Assembly (NCBI RefSeq): GCF_963676685.1
Contig: NC_092347.1
Span: 98,828,001-98,892,000 of the forward strand
From: Mytilus edulis
Lineage: Eukaryota
Length of the DNA: 64,000 bases
Direction of reading: 5' to 3'
Position 1 is the first letter of the stretch. Every line of letters starts with the position of its first letter. Positions 23,431 to 35,000 of the stretch are shown in pieces. A program made the translations under genes and the position numbers. The notes under the pieces are model-generated. The model searched no databases, was not told the origin of the DNA, and worked only from the letters and a program-made list of their open reading frames with translations.

Positions 23431-26400
23431 GATCGACTAAGTCGACTCATTACAGGGAGTTTTTCTACAGAAATAGAAAACTTATATACAAGTTCCATGT
23501 TTGATGTCCCGAAACACTATGTTGTGTCTTCTGTACTATCATTTGTCTGTTTGTCGCCATGGCGTTGTCAGTTTATCTATGAGTTTGACTCTCCCTCTGG
23601 TATCTTATGTCCCTCCTTTATAACTATTGAAATATCCCTCTGATTCCCACAACAAATGCACGGAACATGTTATCTTCAAAATAAACTTTCAGTACTTATG
23701 CATGCCGCCAATTCGTGTTACGCTGTGGTTAAATTTGTATACTCGATTTTCAATTTTGCTTTTGTCCTATGACTCTATGCAATTCTTTTCTTCGTTGACA
23801 TATTTGTTTGCTTATATAGTGATTTAGGTAACAATAAAATGTTGACTGATGTACCCCTATTTTTGACGTTTTAACGTAATTCTACTGTTTTGTATGTTCT
23901 CACATTGCTTCAAAAATAATAAAATTTGATGCTACTGTAATACTAGTGAGAGGTTCAGCTAGCTTTTCTACGATGTTTAATCACAGTGTTTTATCACGTC
24001 TTAGATTGTGATTAACCATTTACGTCTGGTCTTTTAAGTAGTTTGTAGTTGTAATTTTATTGTTTTATTTTTTATTTGTTAATAAAAGAAATAATTAATA
24101 ATCAGCCAGTCCATTTTTTAAATTTTAGTTTAATGCAACTATATGTACACTATTTATTTGTTTTACAGTTCGATTTAGAGAAAATACCGACATACATGTA
24201 GCTTGATAAAACAACTAATTATCAAATTACAAACACAAATCTATATTAATATTCTTGTTATTGTAATATAATACTTCAAATGACACAGTTACAAATCTGA
24301 TCTTGAACAGTATAAATTTCAGTCGGAAACCCGGTTGAAATAGAACAAAAGAATCGAAGCTCTTTGTTAGAGCAGGCGATAAATGCTTACTGTAATGTTT
24401 ACCATTGTGACAAAAAAAATTTAAAAATAAATAGAAACAAACAAAATTACAATTTTCTTCTCAATTGCGAAGTGTTTTATTTTAAAAACACCATTTGCAT
24501 AAGTTTTCAATTTATCTAGTACATAGTTAAGCAAAACAATTAGATATCAAGTCGACGACATGGGTATCTTTCAAGTTGGATGTAGAAAATGCGTAACCTC
24601 CGATTTTTTTTATAAAAATGTACCACGGACGAAAAACATATCAATCTATTAGTTCAGTAATTTTCGTGTCTGCCCTTCCATTTTGTGACTTAAGAAAAAA
24701 TTTCAACAAATGGGTAACAACTGTATCGAAAAGAGAGAATCGAGTGCACCTTTTTATGTAAGGGCGTGTTTGAGTAGAATATTTTGTCTTGATATCGTAC
24801 AAAGCAAGAATATTTCATACATCGTTTCGCTTCAGATTCTATCATTTTTATATATCAAAGCTACAGGTTGACTTTATAACATAAAAAAACACAGTACTAA
24901 AAGATGAAATATATGGGTCAAATGAAATACCTATCTAATGAATCACAAAATAAGAGTAGGTGTGTTCGAATAGCTTTTTTTTTTACTGAAAGTACTTGAC
25001 GACAGTCTTTCAAGTTGGATGATGAAAATGCATATCTTCGAAAAATTATAATTTTTTGTGTGTGATAACCAGGGTTTATAGTCTTCAACCACTAAAACAA
25101 TCTAGTCTGCCCTTCCACGAAATATTTAATTAGAATTTTTTTAAATGTTGATGAATTTTCGAAAATTCCACCTAACAACAGATCAGACAATAGTTTTAAG
25201 TTGAATCAATGCAGATAAGATCATTAACTGATTCTCATTAGCTAGTTGATACATTTGTCTTTTTAAATACAACTGACATATCAGGACCGTAATGGTGCAA
25301 TGTGGATAAATTTATCGGTTTCCAAGAGCAAAATTGGCAGCGCGTCATCCCTACAATGGCTTCCATTTCTACGATTGTGAAAATGAACTGGCGTAATGGG
25401 GAGATAATTTTGATGAAGTAGAATCCTGACTAATTTGTTTTTAGAAATTTACCTGTGATGTCTTTTTTGTGACGATGACCAAGTCGTGTGAAAGACGTTT
25501 TGTGATCCTGTTTTGTTTGCTGTCCTATGTTGTTTTACGTGTTCGTTTTTATTCTGTGGTTAGCATGTCGAAATTTACCATTGTATTGTTTATTTGTGTA
25601 TTTCTCTGTACTGAAAGTTCTTGAATTAATTTTCACTGTATTCCTGTCACGTAATAGTGTTATCTAAGTGTTGTTAATATAATTGCTCTAATAGCACGAG
25701 TTTTGTTACCGATTTGAATTTTCATAAGAGTTTGGTAAATAAGTGGTTTTTAGAGGTCAGATAAAGGACGCCTCCGGGTGCGAGAATTTCTCGCTACATT
25801 GAAGAACTGTTGGTGACCTTCTGCTGCTGTCTTTTCTACGGTCGGGTTGTTGTCTCGTCGACAACATTCCCCATTTCCATTTTCAATTTTATTTAATTTT
25901 TTTTAAATGTATATTATATTCAGACATACAAAATAAAATGTTTGAAAGTCTGCGCTGGCTTCCAAATGATTGTAAAATTAACATAGAACTACTAACCTTG
26001 GGTAGTTGTCTTCTTTCTCCAGAGCAAAACCAAACCATTTTCAAAAATGTCTTAAAAGTTAGGAAAGATTTGAAATTGTCTAGATAGCAATGCATGATCG
26101 CATACACATCATGATCTAAGTAAAATTCTTCCCCCTTTTTTTGTCCTTTTTATTTTTCGTTTTTTTAAATTTGTATTTTATTTTTTTGTGTTTCTGTTTT
26201 CTAAATATTCATTTATTTATTTATATATTTTTTTCTTTCTGTATTATTATTTTTTTCTTTTTTCTTCATTTTCTGTCTTTTGATTCATATTTATATATAT
26301 ATATATATATATACTAAATAGATATACCATTCTATACATGCATGCTCATACATTAATTTTTGAATTATATTGCTATAAATGTTAAATAGAGAAGACTTCA

Positions 26401-26637
26401 TAAGTCTGTTTGACTTGTGTCTTATCCAATTTGTACTTAAACAAATAAAATATGTTTAACTAAAACCGCTCATGTGTCAGAAATCAAGACTACGATACAC
26501 GTCAGCTCTTTTTTCTCACTTTTTGTGCGCTGCAGATTAAATCCAAATAGGACATGTCAACAATAACATTTTAATATGAAACATACAATTCAATGGTTTG
26601 TATCGTTATGTTTTTGTTGGTTTGTTGTTTTGTACAT

Positions 26638-28001
26638 ATTGAGGGAAGACACATTTAGCTTCGGAGCCGTATTGACAGGCCTAGGGGATCAAATCAAATA
26701 TTGAGGGAAGACACATTTTGCTTCGGAGCCGTATTAACAGGCCTAGGGGATCAAATCAAATATTGAGGGAAGACACATTTAGCTTCGGAGCCGTATTGAC
26801 AGGCCTAGGGGATCAAATCAAATATTGAGGGAAGACACATTTAGCTTTGGAGCCGTATTGACAGGCCTAGGGGATCAAATCAAATATTGAGGGAAGACAC
26901 ATTTAGCTTCGGAGCCGTATTAACAGGCCTAGGGGATCAAATCAAATATTGAGGGAAGACACATTTAGCTTCGGAGCCGTATTGACAGGCCTAGGGGATC
27001 AAATCAAATATTGAGGGAAGACACATTTAGCTTCGGAGCCGTATTGACAGGCCTAGGGGATCAAATCAAATATTGAGGGAAGACACATTTAGCTTCGGAG
27101 CCGTATTGACAGGCCTAGGGGATCAAATCAAATATTGAGGGAAGACACATTTAGCTTCGGAGCCGTATTAACAGGCCTAGGGGATCAAATCAAATATTGA
27201 GGGAAGACACATTTAGCTTCGGAGCCGTATTGACAGGCCTAGGGGATCAAATCAAAAATTGAGGGAAGACACATTTAGCTTCGGAGCCGTATTAACAGGC
27301 CTAGGGGATCAAATCAAATATTGAGGGAAGACACATTTAGCTTCGGAGCCGTATTGACAGGCCTAGGGGATCAAATCTAATATTGAGGGAAGACACATTT
27401 AGCTTCGGAACCGTATTGACAGGCCTAGGGGATCAAATCAAATATTGAGGGAAGACACATTTAGCTTCGGAGCCGTATTGACAGGCCTAGGGGATCAAAT
27501 CAAATATTGAGGGAAGACACATTTAGCTTCGGAGCCGTATTGACAGGCCTACGGGATCAAAACTTATATTGAGGGAAGACACATTTAGCTTCGGAGCCGT
27601 ATTGACAGGTCTAGGGGATCAAATCTAATATTGAGGGAAGACACATTTAGCTTCGGAGCCGTATTGACAGGCCTAGGGGATCAAATCAAATATTGAGGGA
27701 AGACACATTTAGCTTCGGAGCCGTATTGACAGGCCTAGGGGATCAAATCTAATATTGAGGGAAGACACATTTAGCTTCGGAGCCGTATTGACAGGCCTAG
27801 GGGATCAAATCTAATATTGAGGGAAGACACATTTAGCTTCGGAGCCGTATTAACAGGCCTAGGGGATCAAATCTAATATTGAGGGAAGACACATTTTGCT
27901 TCGGAACCGTATTAACAGGCCTAGGGGATCAAATCTAATATTGAGGGAAGACACATTTTGCTTCGGAACCGTATTAACAGGCCTAGGGGATCAAATCTGA
28001 T
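26638..28001 (+). repeat. 62-bp minisatellite A, 22 near-identical head-to-tail copies
   Basis: Unit ATTGAGGGAAGACACATTTAGCTTCGGAGCCGTATT(G/A)ACAGGCCTAGGGGATCAAATC(A/T)AAT. First and last unit starts differ by exactly 21x62 bp. There are no spacers. Confidence 0.97.
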
Positions 28002-28515
28002 ATTGGTTCTAAATAGATAAAAGATTAAATCAGTGAAAAAAACGGCATTCACTTAGAGAAACTTTTATGACCTAGGATGAAGTTTCTCGTTCAAATATTT
28101 TGACTTGATGTTTTAACAACTCTATTCTTAATGTATTTTTTTCTCATCAAAGATCGAGTTAACTGAAAAGTCTCTGAAAGTGGAATGAAACGAGGAATAT
28201 AGTCTGAATAAATATACATTTATTGACAAAAAAGTTTTTGTATTCTAGTAGATCAGAAAGAATCCGTTTGCAAAGGATATAGTGCAAGGATAAATTTTTC
28301 CATTGTTTGTTGTATTTAACGACGTTTGTTTCTAACATGACGTTTTGTAATCATAATCAACTAATATATTTGTTTTATATGACTCACCGAAGAAGAGCGT
28401 TATAAACTCATGAGACTAAATTCACCCCAAATTAAATTAAAAACATACATCAATTTGGAAAAAGCAACATAGCTAGGCTATCAAGATCATGTGTCATTTC
28501 TTAAATGTGTTATTT

Positions 28516-28963
28516 AATTTATTCGTTCATTGTTTAATCAGACGTTTTTTGGTTGAGTTAAGTCTGCCAATTGATATTTTATCGTATGTTTTTCTTTGTT
28601 GTGATGTTATGCTATTGTTTCAGAAAAAGGGAGAAGGTTTGGATCCATTAAAACGTTTAATCCCGCTGCAAATGTTTGCACCTGTCCTAAGTCAGGAATC
28701 TGATGTACAGTAGTTGTCGTTTGTTTATGTAATATATACGTGTTTCTCGTTTCTCGTTTTGTTTATATAGATTAGACCGTTGGTTTTCCCGTTTGAATGG
28801 TTTTACACTAGTAATTTTGGGGCCCTTTATAGCTTGTTGTTCGGTGTGAGCCAAGGCTCCGTGTTGAAGGCCGTACTTTAACCTATAATGGTTTACTTTT
28901 TAAATTGTTATTTGTATGGAGAGTTGTCTCAATGACACTCACACCACATCTTCCTATATCTAT
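28516..28963 (-). mobile_element. Non-autonomous dispersed element (Helentron/HINE-like) inserted in a T-run
   Basis: Absent from the paralogous site AATGTGTTATTTTTGCAAAT (~18111-18130). Related copies lie at ~20812-21220 and ~43984-44165. The classification is inference. Confidence 0.72.
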
Positions 28964-29144
28964 TTTTGCAAATTTTTAACTAAGAGGGTTAAGGGGAATG
29001 ATTGAGTTTTACTTCAGATTAGTTCAACAAACATCATCTATTAAAGTACTAGTTGTGAGTTAATTACTCCTACTATTATCTGATTATCACTAAATAAAAT
29101 ATTAGTAAACATTATGATTTCTTAAAAAAAATAATCGTTAATAT

Positions 29145-29186
29145 CATCACTGATGAGTCTTGTGTAGACGAAACGAGCGTCTGGCG
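29145..29186 (+). ncRNA. Minimal type I hammerhead ribozyme motif (intact core, weak stem I)
   Basis: catca CTGATGA GTCT-tgtgt-AGAC GAAA C-gagc-G TC tggcg: CUGAUGA and GAAA core boxes, 4-bp stem II, minimal stem III and a GUC cleavage triplet (29179-29181). Confidence 0.72.
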
Positions 29187-29885
29187 TAAATACAAAATTT
29201 AACTCTGGTATCTATGATGAGTTTATTAATATATTTATATTTATATCAAGTTTACAAAAAAAGATCTTTTATTTCGAGTAAAACCTTTCGAATCGAACAT
29301 CAACTGTCAAAACAATCAAAACAATCCTAGCAATTATCATAAACTCTCATTTTATATATTAAATAGCATTTTCTCTCTAAAAAACCAATAAAACAACTTG
29401 TTTTTAACAGTTTTTGATTTATATTTGTTGTATACCAATTATGTTATTCTTTTCAATTATCTTCCTTTCGTGAATACAATTATTTCTAAGTAACACAAAG
29501 GAATAAAATTACAAAAAAGAGAAATTTATCCTCTTCAAAAATTCCTTTATAAATATATTTATTTTGTGCTGGGTTTTCTAAAATATAAAATAAATAATTT
29601 CACACAACGGGCATAGATCTAACTCGTTCATTTAAGATTCAAAAATGCTCTGTAAAGTGAAATGTTTTGGCTTTAATTCTTAGGTAACTTTGGATTAAGA
29701 TCATTATTTATTTATTGAAATTTTATTATTTGTCCGTTATTGTTTAAGGCAGACCTGATAAGCTTTCAGGAACAACCAAATAAACAATAAAAAAGTAATT
29801 TTGTAGGTTAGAATTAAATCTGAGGGAATTTAAGGCGATAGTTTTAAAGCATATTAACAAACTATAGTTAAAAAGTGCAAAAATT

Positions 29886-30110
29886 TGTCAGTCTATGACT
29901 TTCAATCATTTATCATTATGAAAAATTATGAAAAATTATTATTTTTCATAAAAAATATTTTGATAAATTGTTCGTTATAAAAATTCATAATAAATTATGA
30001 TTGATATGTGATATTAGTATAATTCATCACATTTTATGATCAAACGAGCACTATATAAGGCCTAAACAACCAAGCATTCAACACATCACTGTACCATCGT
30101 ATCAAAGCAA
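29886..30110 (+). promoter_or_regulatory. Promoter and non-coding exon 1 of gene 2
   Basis: TGTCAGTCTATGACTTTCAA at 29886, TATATAA at 30052, donor CAA|GTAAGT at 30110/30111. Confidence 0.8.
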
Positions 30111-30819
30111 GTAAGTGTCTTTAGTCTATCATTAACTGTATTGTCTGTAACGCTGTTGAACTGTGGACTCAATCAAGTATTTTATTTTCGTACAAAAATG
30201 GCTACAGAAGGGGTCATAAACCTTAAAGACTTTAAACTGTCGTACGAAGAAATAGTAGAAAAATACAAGTTCGGTTGTAATCACCATTTTTCTTTCTAAT
30301 TATAAGAAAATTGTATCTGAGGAATTATATACAAATGATTTGCATAACAGCGACTTCTGTACTTGAACTGTAATAACGTAGAAAGGGGAAACTATTTGGT
30401 GGCGCATATCTTTAGTCTTACCAAATAAGATATAAGAGATTTTATTTTTTTTAAAGAAAAAGAAGTACAGCTATGACTCATCCCTTTGCTGTCTTTTTTG
30501 TGCATTAAAATAAAACCAGGTTCTACCAAACATGTTTTTCTTAAAATGCCCTGAACGAAGGCAGGAATATGGCAGAATTTGTCAAATAGTCTGTTTTTAT
30601 GTGTATTGGCGTTTGTATTTTGTTGCAGTTCAGTGTTTCTGTAGTTCCGTTGTTTACAATTTGTTAATGATGTGTTTTAATTTGTAACTTTTGATGAAGG
30701 TGGTATACCTCTGTTGCCTTTATTGAACAACAATACCCAAACTGAATTTCCGGCTATTGCATTCGAGATTCTCTTATTAAGTACTCTGTAACTAAGAACA
30801 TTTTTTTTTCTATTGCAGA

Positions 30820-31872
30820 ATGCAACTCTTAGTCGGAATTCTCCTGGTTATCTGTAGCGCAGTCAGCGCATCCTATAAAGGAGGATATGGAGGATACGGA
30901 GGTGGATACGGAGGATACGGAGGTGGATTCGGTGGAGGATTCGGTGGTGGATTCGGAAGAGGATACGGTGGTGGATTCGGAAGAGGATACGGAGGATATG
31001 GAATCGGAGGTGGATACGGAGGATATGGATTCGGTGGTGGATACGGAGGATACGGTGGGGGATACGGTGGTGGATACGGAGGCGGATATGGAAAAGGAAA
31101 AGTTGTTATCGTTAAAGGATATGGCGGTTATGGTGGCGGTTATGGGGGTTATGGTGGTGGATTAGGAGGTGGATATGGTGGTTTCGGAGGTATTGGAGGA
31201 GGATATGGTGGTTATGGTGGTTATGGAGGTGGTTATGGTGGTTACGGAGGTGGATTTGGTGGATTCGGAGGTTATGGTGGTGGATATGGTGGTATTGGAG
31301 GAGGATATGGTGGATACGGATACGGAAAGGGAAAAGGTAAGATAATTTCTGCAGCAAATATTAATTTGACTATTATTTTATGACATGATGTTGATAGCTA
31401 AGTACAAGACAAACATAACTCAGAACTTTTAAAAACTAATTTCAGTTAAACCTCAATAGTTGTAATATCCATTTGTTATTGATTATATGATAATTTGTTA
31501 TTATTTTCACACAATTCTGTATTGTTGTTTTTAAATAGGTACGTGAAATATTACTTCACCAATCTGTAATAGACTATTTTCATTTTACCGACTTTTGACA
31601 CCTGAGTTATTATTTTTTGACCGGTTACCTTCTCCAATGTTGGACATTCTGGTACTCATTTATTGTTTATTTTCGTAAACAAAACCCATTAAAATGTATA
31701 TTTACCATGTTAGCCGATCATAAAAATAATGAATACTGCTGCAGGAAATACAAGTTTTAGGAGGCAATAAGTAAACGTCAATAAAACAACAATCCGAAAA
31801 ACAAAAAGATATCTTTGTAAAACGAAAGTTATGCTATGATAACATTATGTTCTTTATTTTGCAGGATATTAA
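30820..31872 (+). CDS. Secreted Gly/Tyr-rich protein, copy 2 (30820-31336 and 31865-31872; 174 aa)
   Basis: Same signal peptide, repeats, GKGKVVIVKG core and GA TAT TAA last exon as copy 1. Confidence 0.9.
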
Positions 31873-32056
31873 ACACAGAATCTAACCCAGAACGGACAAC
31901 TAATGCTTTTCTTTTTTACATTTCTGATATAAAATATAATCGTTGCATTCAATTTGTGTTGTTTTACCTTCTTTCATAAATCTACAGTCCCTTTATAGAC
32001 TTAACCTCATAGAATCATATCGACTTAACTGCGTGAGAAAGGAAGTCAACCTCGAA

Positions 32057-32366
32057 AAGATCATCTTAATATTAAGAGTTCTCCATGCTACACATTGCTA
32101 TTCCCTATACTAGATTGAAAGATCATCTTAACATTTAGAGTTCTCAACGCTTCACATTGCTATTCCCTATAATCGATTGAAAGACCATCTTAATATTTAG
32201 AGTTCTCAACGCTTCACATTGCTATTCCCTATAATCGATTGAACGATCACCTTAATATTTAGAGTTCTCAACGTTTCACATTGCTATTCCCTATAATCGA
32301 TTAAATGATCATCTAAATATTGAGAGTTCTCAACGCTTCACATTGCTATTCCCTATACTCGATTGA
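32057..32366 (+). repeat. 62-bp minisatellite B, 5 copies, downstream of gene 2
   Basis: Units at 32057, 32119, 32181, 32243 and 32305; paralog of the array at 23170. Confidence 0.9.
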
Positions 32367-34339
32367 AAAAATCGACTGAGTTGACTCATTACAGGGAGAT
32401 TTTTCTACAGAAATAGTCAACTTATATACAAGTTTCATGTTTGATGTCCCGAAAAACTATGTTGTGTCTTCTGTACTATCATTTGTTTGTTTGTTTTTTT
32501 ATTTTTCGCCATGGCGTTGTCAGATTATCTATGAGTTTGACTCTCCCTCTGTCATCTTTGGTCGCTCTTTTTAAACGATTTAAATATCCCTCTGATTCCC
32601 ACAACAAATGCACGGAACATGTTATCTTCAAAATAACCTTTCAGTACTTATGCATGCCGCCAATCGTGTTATGCTGTGGTTAATTTTGTATTCTTGTTTT
32701 TCATTTTTGCTTTTGTCCTATGACTCTATGCAATTCTTTTCTTCGTTGACAAATTTGTTTGTTTTTATAGTGATTAAGGTAACAATAAAATGTTGACTGA
32801 TATACCTAGTGTGAATTCACATTACTATAAGACGTTTCACGGTACTTATCTATCCCAAATTCATGTATTTGCTTTTGATGCTATATTGGTTATTTTCATA
32901 GGATTTAGTCTAATGCTTAGTCCGTTTCTGTGTGTGTGTGTGTGTGTTTGTTACATTTTAATGTTGTGTCGTTGTTCTCCTCTTATATTTAATGCGTTTC
33001 CCTCAGTCTTAGTTTGTTACCCCGATTTTGTTTTTTTTGGCCATGGATTTATGAGTTTTAAACAGCGGTATACTACTGTTGCCTTTATGTACTCATATTT
33101 TTACTAGTGAGAGGTGTAACTAGCTTTTTAACCATGTTTAATTCACAGTGATTTATCACGTCTTAGATTGTGATTTACCAGATACGTCGTATTGTCTTTT
33201 AAGTACCGAACATGACCTGTTTTCGAATTTGACTGTTTAGCTGAATGTGAATTCGCATTGCTATAAAAAGTGTCACGGTATTTGTTATCCAAAAAATTAT
33301 GTATTTATTTATAATGTTGTATTTGTAATTCTGATCGGATATTGATAAATGTCTTATCGTTTGTAGTTGTAATTCTTTTTTTTTAATTTTCTATTTGTTC
33401 ATAAAGAAATGATTAATAATCAACAAGTTCATTTTTAAGATTTTAGTTTAATGCAACTATATATACACTATTTATTTGTTTTACAGTTCGATTTAGAAAA
33501 AATACCGACATAGCTATATAATACATCTAATTATCAAATTACAAACACAAATCTATATTAATATTCTTGTTATTGTAATATAATACACCAAATGAAATAG
33601 TTACAAATCTGATCTTGAGAAGTATCAATTCGTTTTAGAAATTTACCTGTGACGTCTTTTTTTGTGACGATGACCAAGTCGTGCGAAAGAAATTTTGTGA
33701 TTCTGTTTTGTTTGCTGTCCTATGTTGTTTTACATGTTCGTTTTTATTCTGTGGTTAGAATGTTGAAATTTACTCTTGCATTGTTTATTTGTGTATTTCT
33801 CTGTCCTGAATGTTCTTGTATCAATTTCCACTGTATTCCTCTCACGTATTGAGGTGTTCTTAATATCATTATTCTAAAAGTACGAGTTCTTTTTCTATCA
33901 AAACCAGGTCTAACCCACAATTTTCCTTATAATGTCCTGTACCAAGTCCGGAAAATGGCAGTTGTATATTCTAGTTCGTTTTTGTGTGTGTTGCATTGTC
34001 GTTTGTTTTGAGTTTACTTCAGTTTTCCTGTTGTTTCGTCGTTTTCCTTTTAGAGCTGATGTGTTTTCCATGGTTTTAGTTGTAACCCAGATTTGATTTT
34101 GTCTCAATTGATTTATAACTTTCGAACAGCGGTATACTACTGTTGCCTTTATTTCTACATAAGAAAGTATCTCTACCATGTCAGGAATATGCCAGTTGTT
34201 ATTCAGTCGTTTGATTTGTTTGAGATTTTGAATTTGAAATTAGATAATGGTTTCCGATTTGGATTTTCATAAGAGTTTGGTAAATTTTTTTGATGGTTTT
34301 TAAAAAAAAAAAAAAACCATTTCAACAAATAGTTAGTCG

Positions 34340-35000
34340 ATGCTTATTGTTCACCCGTATTTGGCGGCTTGGTTTTTTTACTCTTGTAATGTAATATTCA
34401 TTCGGAACCATCTCAAAGAATAAAAAGAAAAAAAAACTTCCAAAATTTCCTTTTCAGATGTACTGATGATTTTTTGAAACATGGTTGCTTACATCTCTTA
34501 TATCCTAGTAAAGTTGGGATAAGGAATATCGCTGAAGCCAACAGATCTGCTTTATATTTCATCTTTTCCTCGATTATGACGCAAACAGACGACACCAAAC
34601 GAGAAATTATGACAAATAAGATGATTTAAACTTTCCAATTGTCAAATTCCCTTTTATCGGTAGTTACGTATACGTACCATCCGCTCTACCGCATGACCTT
34701 TAATGTTTTGTTTAATACCTTCCGATCATTCATGTTCACAATACTAGTATACTTACTTCATGCTCTACATCTTTGTTCTTGTTTGGCTTTATTAATATTT
34801 GATATGAGCGTCATTGATGAGTCTCGTGTAGACGAAACGCGCGTCTGGCGTACTAAATTATAATCCTGGTACCTTTGATAACTATTCATGAACAAGGATG
34901 TGCTGATTACACACTAACTGCTCCAACAGAGGGTTGGAGAAGAAATTGATACTGTTTGTATCTATGATCGTCATTATTTCTACGATACAATGTTTTCAGA
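34340..35000 (+). pseudogene. Degenerate Penelope-like retroelement RT remnant
   Basis: Pieces translate as NFLFRCTDD, LYPSKVGIRNIAEANRSALYF and NYDK*DDLNFPIVKFPF. These match, in order, the Penelope-like RT motifs FRYIDD, IYPxELEIKDTT..SASYLD and LYDKRDDFNFPIVNFPF (from recollection). Confidence 0.68.
34808..34851 (+). ncRNA. Minimal type I hammerhead ribozyme motif (C3U core variant) in a retrozyme-like fragment (~34760-34885)
   Basis: GCGTCA TTGATGA GTCT-cgtgt-AGAC GAAA C-GCGC-G TC TGGCGT: 6-bp stem I with two G-U pairs, 4-bp stem II, palindromic loop III. Confidence 0.72.

Larger units (their letters stand above)
26150..34280 (+). repeat. Segmental duplicate of the gene-1 unit (4682-4849 plus 17325-~25750)
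   Basis: High-identity collinear blocks, e.g. 26150-26315 vs 4682-4849, 26320-26640 vs 17330-17640, and 33630-33860 vs 25435-25680, with copy-specific indels. Confidence 0.92.

Noticed and set aside
26638-28001. CRISPR-like array
   Set aside because: The units are contiguous and near-identical with no unique spacers, there are no cas genes, and the context is eukaryotic with introns. It is a minisatellite.
31112-31357. His-rich antisense ORF
   Set aside because: It is the reverse complement of (GGT TAT)n, and the ORF track shows no equivalent in the other copies.
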